Positions 16,917 to 26,319 of a stretch of DNA of 64,000 bases are shown here, in pieces (the stretch's first letter is position 1; the number at the start of each line of letters is the position of its first letter). Position numbers and translations under genes: made by a program. This stretch comes from Patescibacteria group bacterium (GTDB lineage Bacteria; Patescibacteriota; Patescibacteriia; Buchananbacterales; UBA6539), in contig JBAZMQ010000008.1 of the NCBI GenBank assembly GCA_041649675.1, positions 344 to 64,343 on the forward strand, given 5' to 3'. The notes beneath the pieces are model-generated. The model made no database searches and was not told the DNA's origin. It saw nothing but the letters and a program-made list of their open reading frames with translations.

Positions 16917-19622
16917 ATGGCAAAAGTTCTTTGGCACGTTTTGGCTCAGCCAAAAGTTTTGAGTTCACTCAAAGCTGACAAAAATGGTTTGAGTCAAGCC
17001 GAGGCAGAAAAAAGAATAAAAAAGTTTGGCCTGAATAAATTGCCAGAAGAGAAACCAGAAACCGGTTTGGTAATTTTTTTAAACCAGCTTAAAAGCCCTT
17101 TGGTTTATGTTTTGCTTGGGGCCGCTGCCATTTCTTTTATTCTTCAAGATTTTGTTGATATGGCCGTAATTTTAATTACGGTTTTTATTAATATTGTTTT
17201 AGGTTTTTATCAAGAGAACCGAGCTTACAAAGCAATTTATTTTCTTAAAAAGTTAATTGATTTTAAAGCTAAAATTTTACGGGATAAACAGACGATTGAG
17301 ACTAATGCCATTAATTTAGTCCCGGGCGATATTATCATTTTAAAAGCCGGTGATAAAATTCCGGCTGACTGCCGGCTTTTAAGTCTGGATAATTTTTTGG
17401 TTAACGAAGCAACTTTGACCGGTGAATCAATTCCGGTGGAAAAAAGTTTGGAGTTATCAGGAAAAGGAGCAGTTTTAGCCGAGCGAAAGAATATGGTTTA
17501 TAGCGGTACAATCGTGGCGCGCGGTAAGGCTACGGCCGTAGTTTGTGAAACCGGCATTAATACCGAACTGGGCCAGATTACCAAATTAGTGGCCAAGACC
17601 AAAAAAGAAAAAACGCCGCTGCAATTACAGTTGGAAGTTTTTAGCCGTTATTTGATTTATGCAGTTTTGGCTATTTGTACTATTTTGATTGTAATTGGAA
17701 AATTGCAGGGCCGGGCAATTTTTGGCTTTGGTCAAGCCGCCAGAGAGGGAATGTTAAATACCGCTGCAGCCATTGCGGTAGCCGCTATTCCGGAAGGGCT
17801 TTCAATTTCTGTGACCGTGATTTTGGCCATTGGCATGCAAGCAATTTTGAAAAGGAAATCTCTCGTTCGTCATTTGGTCGCGGCCGAAACCTTGGGCAGC
17901 GTTTCAATAATTTGTACCGATAAAACCGGAACTTTGACTGAAGGGAAGATGCAAGTGGCAAAGATTATTACTGCCGAGACAGAAACTAACTCCCGGGGTT
18001 TAAAGCCGTATGTTCATTCTGACTTATTGGCTGATAAAGATTTGATTTTTAAAATGTCGCTTCTTTGCAGTGATGCGGTTTTGGAAAATCCTGAAGCGGA
18101 GCTAGAAGAACAAAAGATTATTGGCGATCCAACTGAAACTGCTTTACTCTTGGCGGCCTTGCAAAATGGTATTCCTTACCAGCAAATTCATAAACAACAG
18201 CCGCGGTTAGCCGAGCTTCCCTTTGATTCAGAAAATAAATATATGGCGACTTTAAATCAGCTTGATTCGCAAAACCAAGTGCTTTACGTTAAAGGTGCAG
18301 GGGAAAAAATATTTGGTATGATTTCGCAGCTTAGGATAAATGGAAAGAAGGAATCAGTTAACGAGGCTAAATTAAAATTATTAAAAGTTAAATATGAGAG
18401 GTTAACAAATCAAGGTTTAAGAGTGTTAGCTTTTGCTTATAAAAAAATTCCTAACCAAAAAGATTTAAAAATTAAAACAGAGCTGAATAATTTAATTTTT
18501 GTCGGATTTGTCGCCTTACAAGATCCATTACGGCCCGAAACCAAAGACACGATTAAATTGGCGCAAAAAGCTGGGATTAGAACGATTATGGTAACGGGTG
18601 ATCATAAATTGACAGCCAAGGCCATTTATAGGGAATTAGGCTTTGAGATTTCCGAAAAGAATATTTTGGAAGGTCATCAACTAGAGCAAATGAGTGACGA
18701 GGAATTAGAAAAAATTGTGGAAAATATTGATATTTACGCCAGGGTTGAGCCGCATCATAAATTAAGAATTGTTGACGCTTGGCAAAAGAAAGGCGAAGTA
18801 GTGGCCATGACTGGTGACGGGGTCAACGACGCCGCGGCGATTAAATCAGCCGATATCGGCATTGCTTTGGGTTCGGGTACTGACGTGGCCAAAGAAACAT
18901 CAGATTTGATTTTGCTGGATAATAATTTTAAAACTATAATTACAGCAATTGAACGCGGCCGGATAATTTTTGATAATATTAAAAAAAGCATTTTATACCT
19001 TTTATCCGATTCGTTTTCGGAAATTATTTTAATCTCCGGGGCTTTGATTTTAGGTTTGCCCTTGCCGATTTTACCGGCCCAAATCATTTGGGTTAATATG
19101 ATTGATGATGGTTTTCCCAGCCTGGCTTTAACGCTGGAAAAAGGGGATGAAAATGTGATGAGTTACAAACCAAGAAGAAAGAAGGAAAAAATTCTAGATT
19201 CAGAAATGAAAATTTTGATTTTTGGCATCAGCGCTATGACCAATTTAATTTTGTTAGCCTTGTTTTATTATCTTTTTAAAACTGAGGTTTTTGATCTAGC
19301 CCATATCCGTACTTTAATTTTTTCAATGTTAGGTCTTGAGTCATTGCTTTATGTTTTTTCCTGCCGCAATCTTCGGCGTTCAATTTTTAAATCAAATCCT
19401 TTTTCCAATTTGTATTTAGTGGCAGCAGTTTTAGCCGGCCTGGGTCTGCAATTAATGGCAATCTATCATCCTTTTCTCCAAAAAATATTTGAAACTGTAA
19501 ATTTAGGTTTGATTGATTGGGTAATAATTATTATTTTAAATTTGATCCAGTTAGCCGGTATTGAATTGGTCAAATATTATTTTATTTCTAAAAAATACAA
19601 ATTTAGTCAGGTTACTACTTAA
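16917..19622 (+). CDS. P-type (type IIA, Ca2+/Mg2+-like) cation-transporting ATPase
   Basis: Phosphorylation site ICTDKTGTLT, TGES, hinge MTGDGVNDAAAIK, ten predicted TM helices, 901 aa. Confidence 0.9.
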   Translation: MAKVLWHVLAQPKVLSSLKADKNGLSQAEAEKRIKKFGLNKLPEEKPETGLVIFLNQLKSPLVYVLLGAAAISFILQDFVDMAVILITVFINIVLGFYQENRAYKAIYFLKKLIDFKAKILRDKQTIETNAINLVPGDIIILKAGDKIPADCRLLSLDNFLVNEATLTGESIPVEKSLELSGKGAVLAERKNMVYSGTIVARGKATAVVCETGINTELGQITKLVAKTKKEKTPLQLQLEVFSRYLIYAVLAICTILIVIGKLQGRAIFGFGQAAREGMLNTAAAIAVAAIPEGLSISVTVILAIGMQAILKRKSLVRHLVAAETLGSVSIICTDKTGTLTEGKMQVAKIITAETETNSRGLKPYVHSDLLADKDLIFKMSLLCSDAVLENPEAELEEQKIIGDPTETALLLAALQNGIPYQQIHKQQPRLAELPFDSENKYMATLNQLDSQNQVLYVKGAGEKIFGMISQLRINGKKESVNEAKLKLLKVKYERLTNQGLRVLAFAYKKIPNQKDLKIKTELNNLIFVGFVALQDPLRPETKDTIKLAQKAGIRTIMVTGDHKLTAKAIYRELGFEISEKNILEGHQLEQMSDEELEKIVENIDIYARVEPHHKLRIVDAWQKKGEVVAMTGDGVNDAAAIKSADIGIALGSGTDVAKETSDLILLDNNFKTIITAIERGRIIFDNIKKSILYLLSDSFSEIILISGALILGLPLPILPAQIIWVNMIDDGFPSLALTLEKGDENVMSYKPRRKKEKILDSEMKILIFGISAMTNLILLALFYYLFKTEVFDLAHIRTLIFSMLGLESLLYVFSCRNLRRSIFKSNPFSNLYLVAAVLAGLGLQLMAIYHPFLQKIFETVNLGLIDWVIIIILNLIQLAGIELVKYYFISKKYKFSQVTT

Positions 19623-19633
19623 TTTTAATTAAT

Positions 19634-20185
19634 ATGGCTAAAGTAAAAATTTTAATTGAGGGTTTTACCAGCGGTGATAATGGCGACGGGGAAACTTGTT
19701 CAACAATTTCTTTAGTGGTTGATAAAGATATTATTATGGTAGTTGACCCCGGGGTTTTAGAAAGTCAACAACTTTTGGTTGAGGCTTTGGCTAAAGAAGG
19801 ATTAAAAATCAGTGATGTCAATTATGTTTTTATTACCCATTCGCATTTGGATCATTACCGCAATATTGGGCTGTTTGCCGAAGCTAAAACTGTTGAATAT
19901 TTCGGTGTTTGGCAAGGTGGAAAATGTGATGACTTACCCAAACAATTAAGTGATGATATTGAAATAATCAGCACGCCGGGTCATAACTATGACGGTTTAA
20001 GCTTGCTGGTAAAAACTGACTTAGGCATAATTGCGATTGTCGGCGATGTTTTTTGGCAAAAGAATTCTCCTGAAGTTGATCCTTATGCCAGTGATCAAAA
20101 TAAGTTGGCTGAGAGCCGAAAAAAAGTTTTAGCTTTAGCTGATTATATTATTCCCGGCCATGGGCCGATGTATAAAACAAAATAA
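19634..20185 (+). CDS. MBL-fold metallo-hydrolase
   Basis: ITHSHLDHYRN (HxHxDH) and a downstream PGHN His ligand. Confidence 0.7.
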   Translation: MAKVKILIEGFTSGDNGDGETCSTISLVVDKDIIMVVDPGVLESQQLLVEALAKEGLKISDVNYVFITHSHLDHYRNIGLFAEAKTVEYFGVWQGGKCDDLPKQLSDDIEIISTPGHNYDGLSLLVKTDLGIIAIVGDVFWQKNSPEVDPYASDQNKLAESRKKVLALADYIIPGHGPMYKTK

Positions 20186-20291
20186 AGAATTATTAATTAT
20201 TTTGTCATTCAATTACTAATAATTCAAAGTATGATGAGATTTTTTTCGCTTAGCTAACCTTTGAGGTCAAAATGACTATTAAAAAATAGAA

Positions 20292-20318
20292 TGCAGTTTA
20301 GTAGCAGCTGCACTTTTT
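20292..20318 (+). terminator. Intrinsic terminator after the MBL gene
   Basis: TGCAG...CTGCA hairpin followed by CTTTTT. Confidence 0.4.
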
Positions 20319-20331
20319 AAATTAAGGATAG

Positions 20332-20360
20332 TTGACAAGGTATTATTTTTTTGTTATATT
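20332..20360 (+). promoter_or_regulatory. Sigma70-like promoter for the 20505 gene
   Basis: TTGACA (20332-20337), 17-nt spacer, TATATT (20355-20360). Confidence 0.45.
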
Positions 20361-20504
20361 AGTCATCAATTAAACTGTTCTTTGACTTATTATTCAACGT
20401 GAGTTTCCACTAGATTACTTGGGAAAATCTGGTGTGCGAATATACAAAGTGTATCATGTGTAAAAGGCAGAAAAATACCAAACGAAGAAGAGAGGAGAAC
20501 GGAC

Positions 20505-21725
20505 ATGAATTTGATTATGAATTTTTGGGCATTGGTGACATTTTTGCTCCGGCCAAACGCGGAGACTGCCCAAGTCCGCAAGCTGTGGAAGAATTGGGTG
20601 ACGGGGTTGGCCAAATCGGATCTTGCTGCCATTCCTGTCGTTCGTACGCTGGGAGACGTGCTGGACCTGTTGCGGCCGCGGGACGAGAAAATGCCAGTCG
20701 TTAGCGATAGTTTTAAGCAGTATGCTTTGTATGTGCTGCTGGCGCCATCAGCGCGATGGTATAACCCTTTTTCCTGGGGCTGGATTTTGAAGCCAGTTTA
20801 CTGGCCGTATCGGTTGGATCCAACCCAGCGGCCCAACGACGTGCTGGCAGTTTTGGGTAATTTGTCACCAGAGCTGACGCAGTATGCGGCTGAAATGGTA
20901 CTGGCGTTTACCAAATCAATCCGTCAGCGGCCATATTGCCCCAAGCTCAAGCGGTTCTACAACCAGTGTTTACTGGTCTTGCTTGAGAGGCTGCCATTTG
21001 AACAAGATCTGATCGAGCAGGTTTATTACGCCTATGAGTTTTTTGGCCGTTCATTTTGTGGTCGGCGGTTGAACTATACCAATCTGAAACCGCTTTACGA
21101 TCTGTTGACCAATGTCAATATTGATCAAAGGATAAAAGCCCTGGCTCACCAAGACATTTGCCGGGCAGCTTTGTCGCAGGAGGAAGGCTATTTGCCCCAA
21201 CGCGACAAAGATCCTAGCATAGTTGCCTGCTATGCCCAGGTTTTTCATAGGATATTGGAGTGGCCAACTACGCCTTACGACAACCAGCTTTTGATTGAGC
21301 AGATCCTTTTCTTCTTAAACAACCCGGATGAAAAATTTGGTTTGTTTGATCTTGAGGACCTGCCCCGGATTTTGTTGGTGGTCAATGGCGAAAACAAGCG
21401 GGCAATAATATACCGCTTGGCCAGCTTTTTGGTCTTGGACAATGGTGAGTTGCTCATTTCCAGCGACGAAGTCGCCCAGGCAATTGAAGCCTTGGCTAAA
21501 GAACTTGCCTTTGATTCCTATTTGGCTGGTGAACTGGAGCAAGCCCTTCAGATTTGGGAGAGTCTCGGCCTGATCGAGAGTCTCTGCTATGATCAGGAAA
21601 GCACTTTGCGCCAGGAAATGACAGCGGTAATTATTGAGCCTGAAGAAGTCGTGGTGCCTTCAGCCATTGACACTACAACTACAGTGGTTGAAACCGCTCA
21701 AGCTGGCGGCGAGCCTACGGCTTAG
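20505..21725 (+). CDS. Hypothetical protein (406 aa), GC-rich relative to its neighbours
   Basis: Long intact ORF with no recognisable motif. Its GC content is clearly higher than the flanking genes, which also causes several spurious overlapping ORFs. Confidence 0.45.
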   Translation: MNLIMNFWALVTFLLRPNAETAQVRKLWKNWVTGLAKSDLAAIPVVRTLGDVLDLLRPRDEKMPVVSDSFKQYALYVLLAPSARWYNPFSWGWILKPVYWPYRLDPTQRPNDVLAVLGNLSPELTQYAAEMVLAFTKSIRQRPYCPKLKRFYNQCLLVLLERLPFEQDLIEQVYYAYEFFGRSFCGRRLNYTNLKPLYDLLTNVNIDQRIKALAHQDICRAALSQEEGYLPQRDKDPSIVACYAQVFHRILEWPTTPYDNQLLIEQILFFLNNPDEKFGLFDLEDLPRILLVVNGENKRAIIYRLASFLVLDNGELLISSDEVAQAIEALAKELAFDSYLAGELEQALQIWESLGLIESLCYDQESTLRQEMTAVIIEPEEVVVPSAIDTTTTVVETAQAGGEPTA

Positions 21726-21839
21726 CCGTGACAAGTCACGTTGTTATCTCAAGCCTCCAAAGTAATTTACTAAGGGGGCTTCTTTTTTATAAAAAAAATC
21801 CGGCGTTTATAAACGCCGGAACCAATATTTTGGAGAAAT

Positions 21840-24086
21840 TTATTTAATGGTAATCTTTTGCAACCATTGCTGCTTGCCATCCAGTAAAACTTGTTTTTCT
21901 TTATCTAATAATTTTAGTTGTAGATTCAAGGTATAGTCGCCAGCTTTGAGAGTTTTGGCATTTAAGATAAATCGGAATTCAGCGGTTTGGCCCGGCTTGA
22001 TTTTGCTGGCATTGATTGGCACGGCAGCAACATCTTTTTTAAGCCAGTCACTTTTGTAATAAAATGGGCTGGCTGAACCGTCAGCGTTGTAGATTAATAA
22101 AGCGGTTTTTTTTGATGTCCAAGTGTCTTTACCGGTATTCTTTATTTTAACTGTGACCGAAACCAAATTTTTTTTATTTTTTATGACAGTTGGTAGATTA
22201 TGCTTTGTGATTTGGCTGGTGGTACCTGATTTAACAAAAATAAAGCGGCCAGCGTCAGTAATTTTAGTTTGAGTTGAACCGTTTTTATAATACAAGGTAA
22301 AGATTTGGTTGATTAAATCGCCAGCTTTAGTGGGTGCTGTTAAAGTAACATCAAAGGTGGCAAGTTGCTGCGGCTCAACGCTTGGTTCGTTAAAATTAAT
22401 ATTTTGATTGGCCCCAAAGGAACTGGCAGCCTGATCACGATCAGAAACTTTTAACCAGACATCGCCTGATTGCCAGGCCAAAGTGCCGTCATTTTTGAAT
22501 GTAAGGGTAATTTTTTTTGTTTCGCCGGTTAACAAAACCAATTCTTCAGGATTGATTGAGATTAATGAGGCACTGTAGTCTTTGACCGTTGAGGTTGAAT
22601 CATTAGCCAAAGTTTGGTCTTTAATAGTGTCGTCAATATAATCAATGGTACTGCCGGCGTCATGAATTTCTAGCAAAGCAGTTGAAACTTTTAAAGCATT
22701 ATCTTTTTTATCAGCTCCAAAAACCCGGTCAAAAATTCCTAAATCCATAATTCGGCTGCGGCTGCCACTGGTAATAATATAATATTTGCTATCAGCAACA
22801 ACAAAAGTGCCGTCTTTTAATTTGAGCGGTTTGTCAGTCAGGAAAGCATCTAGATCGGCTTGGGCCGTTACTTGGGCTGGCTGGCTATCAAAACGATTTT
22901 GCCAAACTAATGGATCAACCAAATGTTTTAAACCATCTTGGACCCACCAAATAGTTCCGGCTGGATCTTGGAATAATTTTCCGGCCGGATAAATTGAGCT
23001 TTTGGAAATGGTTGTGCCAACGCTATAATTATCTAATTCTTCATTAGTAATTGTTGGAATTTCACTTTCGGTTAAACTGATTCTAAAATCGGATAACAAA
23101 GCCAAAGCGTCATTATCAATTACCGGCCGTTTTTGGTTTTGGCTTAGTAAAAATATTTGGCCAGAAGTTAATGACTTAACCAACGAGTTATCAGTTTTGG
23201 TAATAGTGGCACCGTTGGGATAAGCAGCTAAATCTTTTTGGCTAACAACAATGGCATCGCTTAGTTTATAGCTGCTTAAAAATAATTCTTTAGAAGCAAA
23301 CTTCATTTTTTTATTGTTTTGGATCAGCCAATAATTATTAGTATCAGTGATCACTTGGCCATCAACAAATTTTTGGTTGGTAAAATATTGAGTCCAAATT
23401 TGCCAAAACAAGCGATTGCCGCCGTAAGGAGCGGTAACACCAATTTCCGGGGAGTAGCCGACATAAGGTGTATAAATATATAGATTAGCAGTGGCTTTAT
23501 TTTCAGGAATTACAACAAAACCATCATTAGTTTTACTGGGCAAACCGACATTGAAGCTGAATTGGCCGATTTTTTGCCAATAAATATCTTGAGTTTCAGC
23601 TGTTGCCTCAAGTTGATTATAAAACCCGCGATATTTTTCTTTACAAGTACCGCCATAACAGCCATAACCAGTGGCCCAATCCAAGGCTTTTTCCGTCGCT
23701 TGGGTTTTATGAACCAAACTTTGTTCTTTCTCTAAAGTGGTGAGTAAAAATTTAGGATCAATATCATGTTTTTGACTAATTTGCCAAATCATTTCAGCCG
23801 CGGTCAAAGGTTTATCGTCAATAATTTGGCTATAGCGCGACAAGACACTATTTTCCCGTTCAAGAAATTTTTGAATCGCTGTTTTAGAAAGAGTATCACA
23901 GTTACGCAGCTCTTCATCGGTAATAATATTATGAGGATTAAAAATTCTAGCAAAAGTAACATTTGGAGTTAAGACTAAAAGAGCTAAGATAAAAATTCTT
24001 AGCCTAAAAAAGTAGTTTTTGCCCGCCTGACAGCGCAGTAGGGTAGTTTTTATTTTTGTTTTTTTGAGATTTTTAAGAGGAGCCAT
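21840..24086 (-). CDS. Large secreted protein with C-terminal CARDB/Ig-like beta-sandwich repeats
   Basis: N-terminal signal/TM segment. The C-terminal region contains repeated 'VTVKIKNTGKDTW'-type segments typical of CARDB domains. The N-terminal portion may be a glycoside-hydrolase-like domain. Confidence 0.5.
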   Translation of the reverse strand: MAPLKNLKKTKIKTTLLRCQAGKNYFFRLRIFILALLVLTPNVTFARIFNPHNIITDEELRNCDTLSKTAIQKFLERENSVLSRYSQIIDDKPLTAAEMIWQISQKHDIDPKFLLTTLEKEQSLVHKTQATEKALDWATGYGCYGGTCKEKYRGFYNQLEATAETQDIYWQKIGQFSFNVGLPSKTNDGFVVIPENKATANLYIYTPYVGYSPEIGVTAPYGGNRLFWQIWTQYFTNQKFVDGQVITDTNNYWLIQNNKKMKFASKELFLSSYKLSDAIVVSQKDLAAYPNGATITKTDNSLVKSLTSGQIFLLSQNQKRPVIDNDALALLSDFRISLTESEIPTITNEELDNYSVGTTISKSSIYPAGKLFQDPAGTIWWVQDGLKHLVDPLVWQNRFDSQPAQVTAQADLDAFLTDKPLKLKDGTFVVADSKYYIITSGSRSRIMDLGIFDRVFGADKKDNALKVSTALLEIHDAGSTIDYIDDTIKDQTLANDSTSTVKDYSASLISINPEELVLLTGETKKITLTFKNDGTLAWQSGDVWLKVSDRDQAASSFGANQNINFNEPSVEPQQLATFDVTLTAPTKAGDLINQIFTLYYKNGSTQTKITDAGRFIFVKSGTTSQITKHNLPTVIKNKKNLVSVTVKIKNTGKDTWTSKKTALLIYNADGSASPFYYKSDWLKKDVAAVPINASKIKPGQTAEFRFILNAKTLKAGDYTLNLQLKLLDKEKQVLLDGKQQWLQKITIK

Positions 24087-24218
24087 AGTATTACTTCTTG
24101 TCTTTAAGATATCATATTTTTATTAGCTTGTAAATGATTTGATATTGGGTTTGTTTTGTGGTATATTAAAATCAGTTTTAATAATATTAACAATCAATTT
24201 TAGAAAGGGGGTGAAACA

Positions 24219-24578
24219 ATGAGAAAAATTGCAATTTTAACTACTCTAGTGGCAATTTTTGCTATCAGCGTTTTACCGGCGCTAGCTTTAGACGTCGGTT
24301 TGAACTATGGTACTTACACTGGTTTAGGGACTAAAGATATCCGTGAAGGAATCATGGCCGTAATTAGAATATTGCTAGGCTTTTTAGGCATTATCGCCAT
24401 CGTGATTATGCTTTACGGCGGTTTTGTTTGGTTAATTTCTGCTGGTAACGAAGAAAAAGTTGGTCAGGCCAAAAAAATTATTACCGCTGGGGTGATTGGT
24501 TTGGTTATCATCTTTGTCTCTTACGCTTTGGCCACCTTCGTCGTTAGCCAACTTATGACAGCCACTGGGGCTATTTAG
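24219..24578 (+). CDS. Small secreted 2-TM protein, VirB2/TrbC-pilin-like (tandem paralog 1)
   Basis: Sec signal (…LPALA|LD), then two hydrophobic helices separated by SAGNEEKVGQAKK, 119 aa. RBS GAAAGGGGGTGAAACAATG. Confidence 0.4.
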   Translation: MRKIAILTTLVAIFAISVLPALALDVGLNYGTYTGLGTKDIREGIMAVIRILLGFLGIIAIVIMLYGGFVWLISAGNEEKVGQAKKIITAGVIGLVIIFVSYALATFVVSQLMTATGAI

Positions 24579-24663
24579 TTATAATTTAATAAGTTTAGAC
24601 TTGAATTGATTTTTGGTAAGATATCTAAGCCTTTACTTATATTATTTGAAAGGGGGTGAAACA

Positions 24664-25023
24664 ATGAAAAAATTTATTGTTTTAACAGCGTTAGTTTCAG
24701 TTTTCCTTTTTTCCGCTATGCCAGTTTTGGCCTTAGAAACCGGTTTGAACTATGGTACTTACACTGGTTTAGGGACTAAAGATATCCGTGAAGGAATCAT
24801 GGCCGTAATTAGCGTATTACTAGGCTTTTTAGGCATTATCGCCATCGTGATTATGCTTTACGGCGGTTTTGTTTGGTTAACTTCTGCTGGTAATGAAGAA
24901 AAAGTTGGTCAGGCCAAAAAAATTATTACCGCTGGGGTGATTGGTTTGGTTATCATCTTTGTCGCTTACGCTTTGGCCACCTTCGTCATTAGCCAACTTA
25001 TGACAGCCACTGGAGCTGTTTAA
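24664..25023 (+). CDS. Small secreted 2-TM protein, VirB2/TrbC-pilin-like (tandem paralog 2)
   Basis: Near-identical mature region to 24219-24578 (about 90% nt identity from LNYGTYTGLGTKD onward), with an identical RBS and a different signal peptide. The start is taken at the internal MKKF rather than the ORF-track 24613. Confidence 0.4.
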   Translation: MKKFIVLTALVSVFLFSAMPVLALETGLNYGTYTGLGTKDIREGIMAVISVLLGFLGIIAIVIMLYGGFVWLTSAGNEEKVGQAKKIITAGVIGLVIIFVAYALATFVISQLMTATGAV

Positions 25024-25052
25024 TATATTGTAAAGGTATTAGCTAAAAAAGT

Positions 25053-25727
25053 ATGACCAATTTTACAGACCTTGGTTCAATTTTTTCCACCTCGATTACC
25101 GAGATTTGGTTTAAGTTTGTAAATCTGATCCCAAATTTAGTGGCCGCAGTCTTAATCTTTATTATTGGTTTGTTTGTGGCTAATGCCTTTGGCCGCTTAG
25201 TTGCTAAAATAATCAAAAAGATTTATGTTGACCGGGCAGTAGAAACTACCGGGCTGAAAAAAGTTTTAGAAAGTATTGGTTTTAAAGTGGAAGTGAGTAA
25301 AGCTTTGGGCCTGTTAGTTGCCTGGTTTTTGTATGCCGTGGTTTTGATCGCGGCGGCTGATATTTTAGGGTTAAGCGAAATTTCCGCGTTTTTAAGCGCG
25401 GTTGTTTTGTACCTACCTAATATCTTTATTGCCATAATCATTTTAATTGTTGGCATTGTTGTCAGTAATTTTGTTTATACTCTAGTTAAAGAAACATCGT
25501 TGGCCGCCAAGTTAACCTCAGCTGATTTTTTGGCCAATGTGGCTAAATGGTCGCTTTTGGTTTTTACTTTTATGGCGGCTTTAATCCAGTTAAAAGTTGC
25601 TTCGGATTTGATTAAGATTCTTTTCACCGGATTAGTTCTCATGATTTCTTTAGCCGGCGGTATTGCTTTTGGTTTAGGCAGTAAAGATCGCGCCAAGGAA
25701 TTTATCGATAAACTCGTTGGAAAATAA
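25053..25727 (+). CDS. Membrane protein with two 'conserved TM helix' (MscS-associated) repeats
   Basis: IPNLVAAVLIFIIGLFVANAFGRLVAK and LPNIFIAIIILIVGIVVSNF repeat the PF05552-like motif. Confidence 0.45.
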   Translation: MTNFTDLGSIFSTSITEIWFKFVNLIPNLVAAVLIFIIGLFVANAFGRLVAKIIKKIYVDRAVETTGLKKVLESIGFKVEVSKALGLLVAWFLYAVVLIAAADILGLSEISAFLSAVVLYLPNIFIAIIILIVGIVVSNFVYTLVKETSLAAKLTSADFLANVAKWSLLVFTFMAALIQLKVASDLIKILFTGLVLMISLAGGIAFGLGSKDRAKEFIDKLVGK

Positions 25728-25750
25728 AATAAAAATTCAAATAGTAAAAG

Positions 25751-25785
25751 AGCCCCGACGCCAAGTCGGGACTCTTTTGTTTTAG
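25751..25785 (+). terminator. Intrinsic terminator
   Basis: GAGCCCCGAC-GCCAA-GTCGGGACTC followed by TTTTGTTTT. Confidence 0.6.
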
Positions 25786-25889
25786 CTAAGGCCTTTAAAT
25801 TTGGTTGCCATTGACAATAGTTGGCTATCAGGATAATTTGTTAAGGTCTGCTTTAATGTAAAGTATTTGGCAACCAACCAGGAGGAGTT

Positions 25890-26270
25890 TTGCCAATGAT
25901 GACTATTGCCGTTTCTTTGAAAAGTAAAGAGTTTGGGTTCAAAATTCCAAGCGAAATAGGTAAAATGCTGTACGAGGGTGCGGCCGAGGCACTTAACCAG
26001 CTAGGCGAATTGGCTGATTCAGTGCAGGAGATAGCGTTTGAGCCGATTGCTTTTGGTGGGCTAAATCCCGATATTAGGGTAACAATTATAGTGCAAAATG
26101 GTGGCAGTCCAGTTGGAGAAATTAAAGTAACTTTTCAGTTTAAGCCACAGAGTTTTGAGGTTTTGGCCCTAGAAATAGCCGAGAAAGTTCAGGCCGGTGT
26201 CAGAGAATATTGCCGAATCAATACCGCTCAAATCAAAGCCTTGACAGCCAAGCTCCCGGCTGAAAAATAA
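25890..26270 (+). CDS. Hypothetical protein (126 aa), GC-rich
   Basis: Intact ORF with an RBS-like AGGAGG upstream, followed by the terminator at 26272-26311. Confidence 0.4.
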   Translation: MPMMTIAVSLKSKEFGFKIPSEIGKMLYEGAAEALNQLGELADSVQEIAFEPIAFGGLNPDIRVTIIVQNGGSPVGEIKVTFQFKPQSFEVLALEIAEKVQAGVREYCRINTAQIKALTAKLPAEK

Positions 26271-26271
26271 A

Positions 26272-26311
26272 ACGTGTTCATCACTACTGGCGATTGAACA
26301 CGTCTTTTTTT
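26272..26311. terminator. Bidirectional intrinsic terminator
   Basis: ACGTGTTCA...TGAACACGT hairpin followed by CTTTTTTT, with an A-run on the other side. Confidence 0.6.
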
Positions 26312-26319
26312 ATAATTTT

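Noticed and set aside
20390-20704. Overlapping 80-aa (-) and 90-aa (+) ORFs at the start of the 406-aa gene
   Set aside because: Both are nested at the GC-rich 5' end of the longer ORF and lack independent signals.
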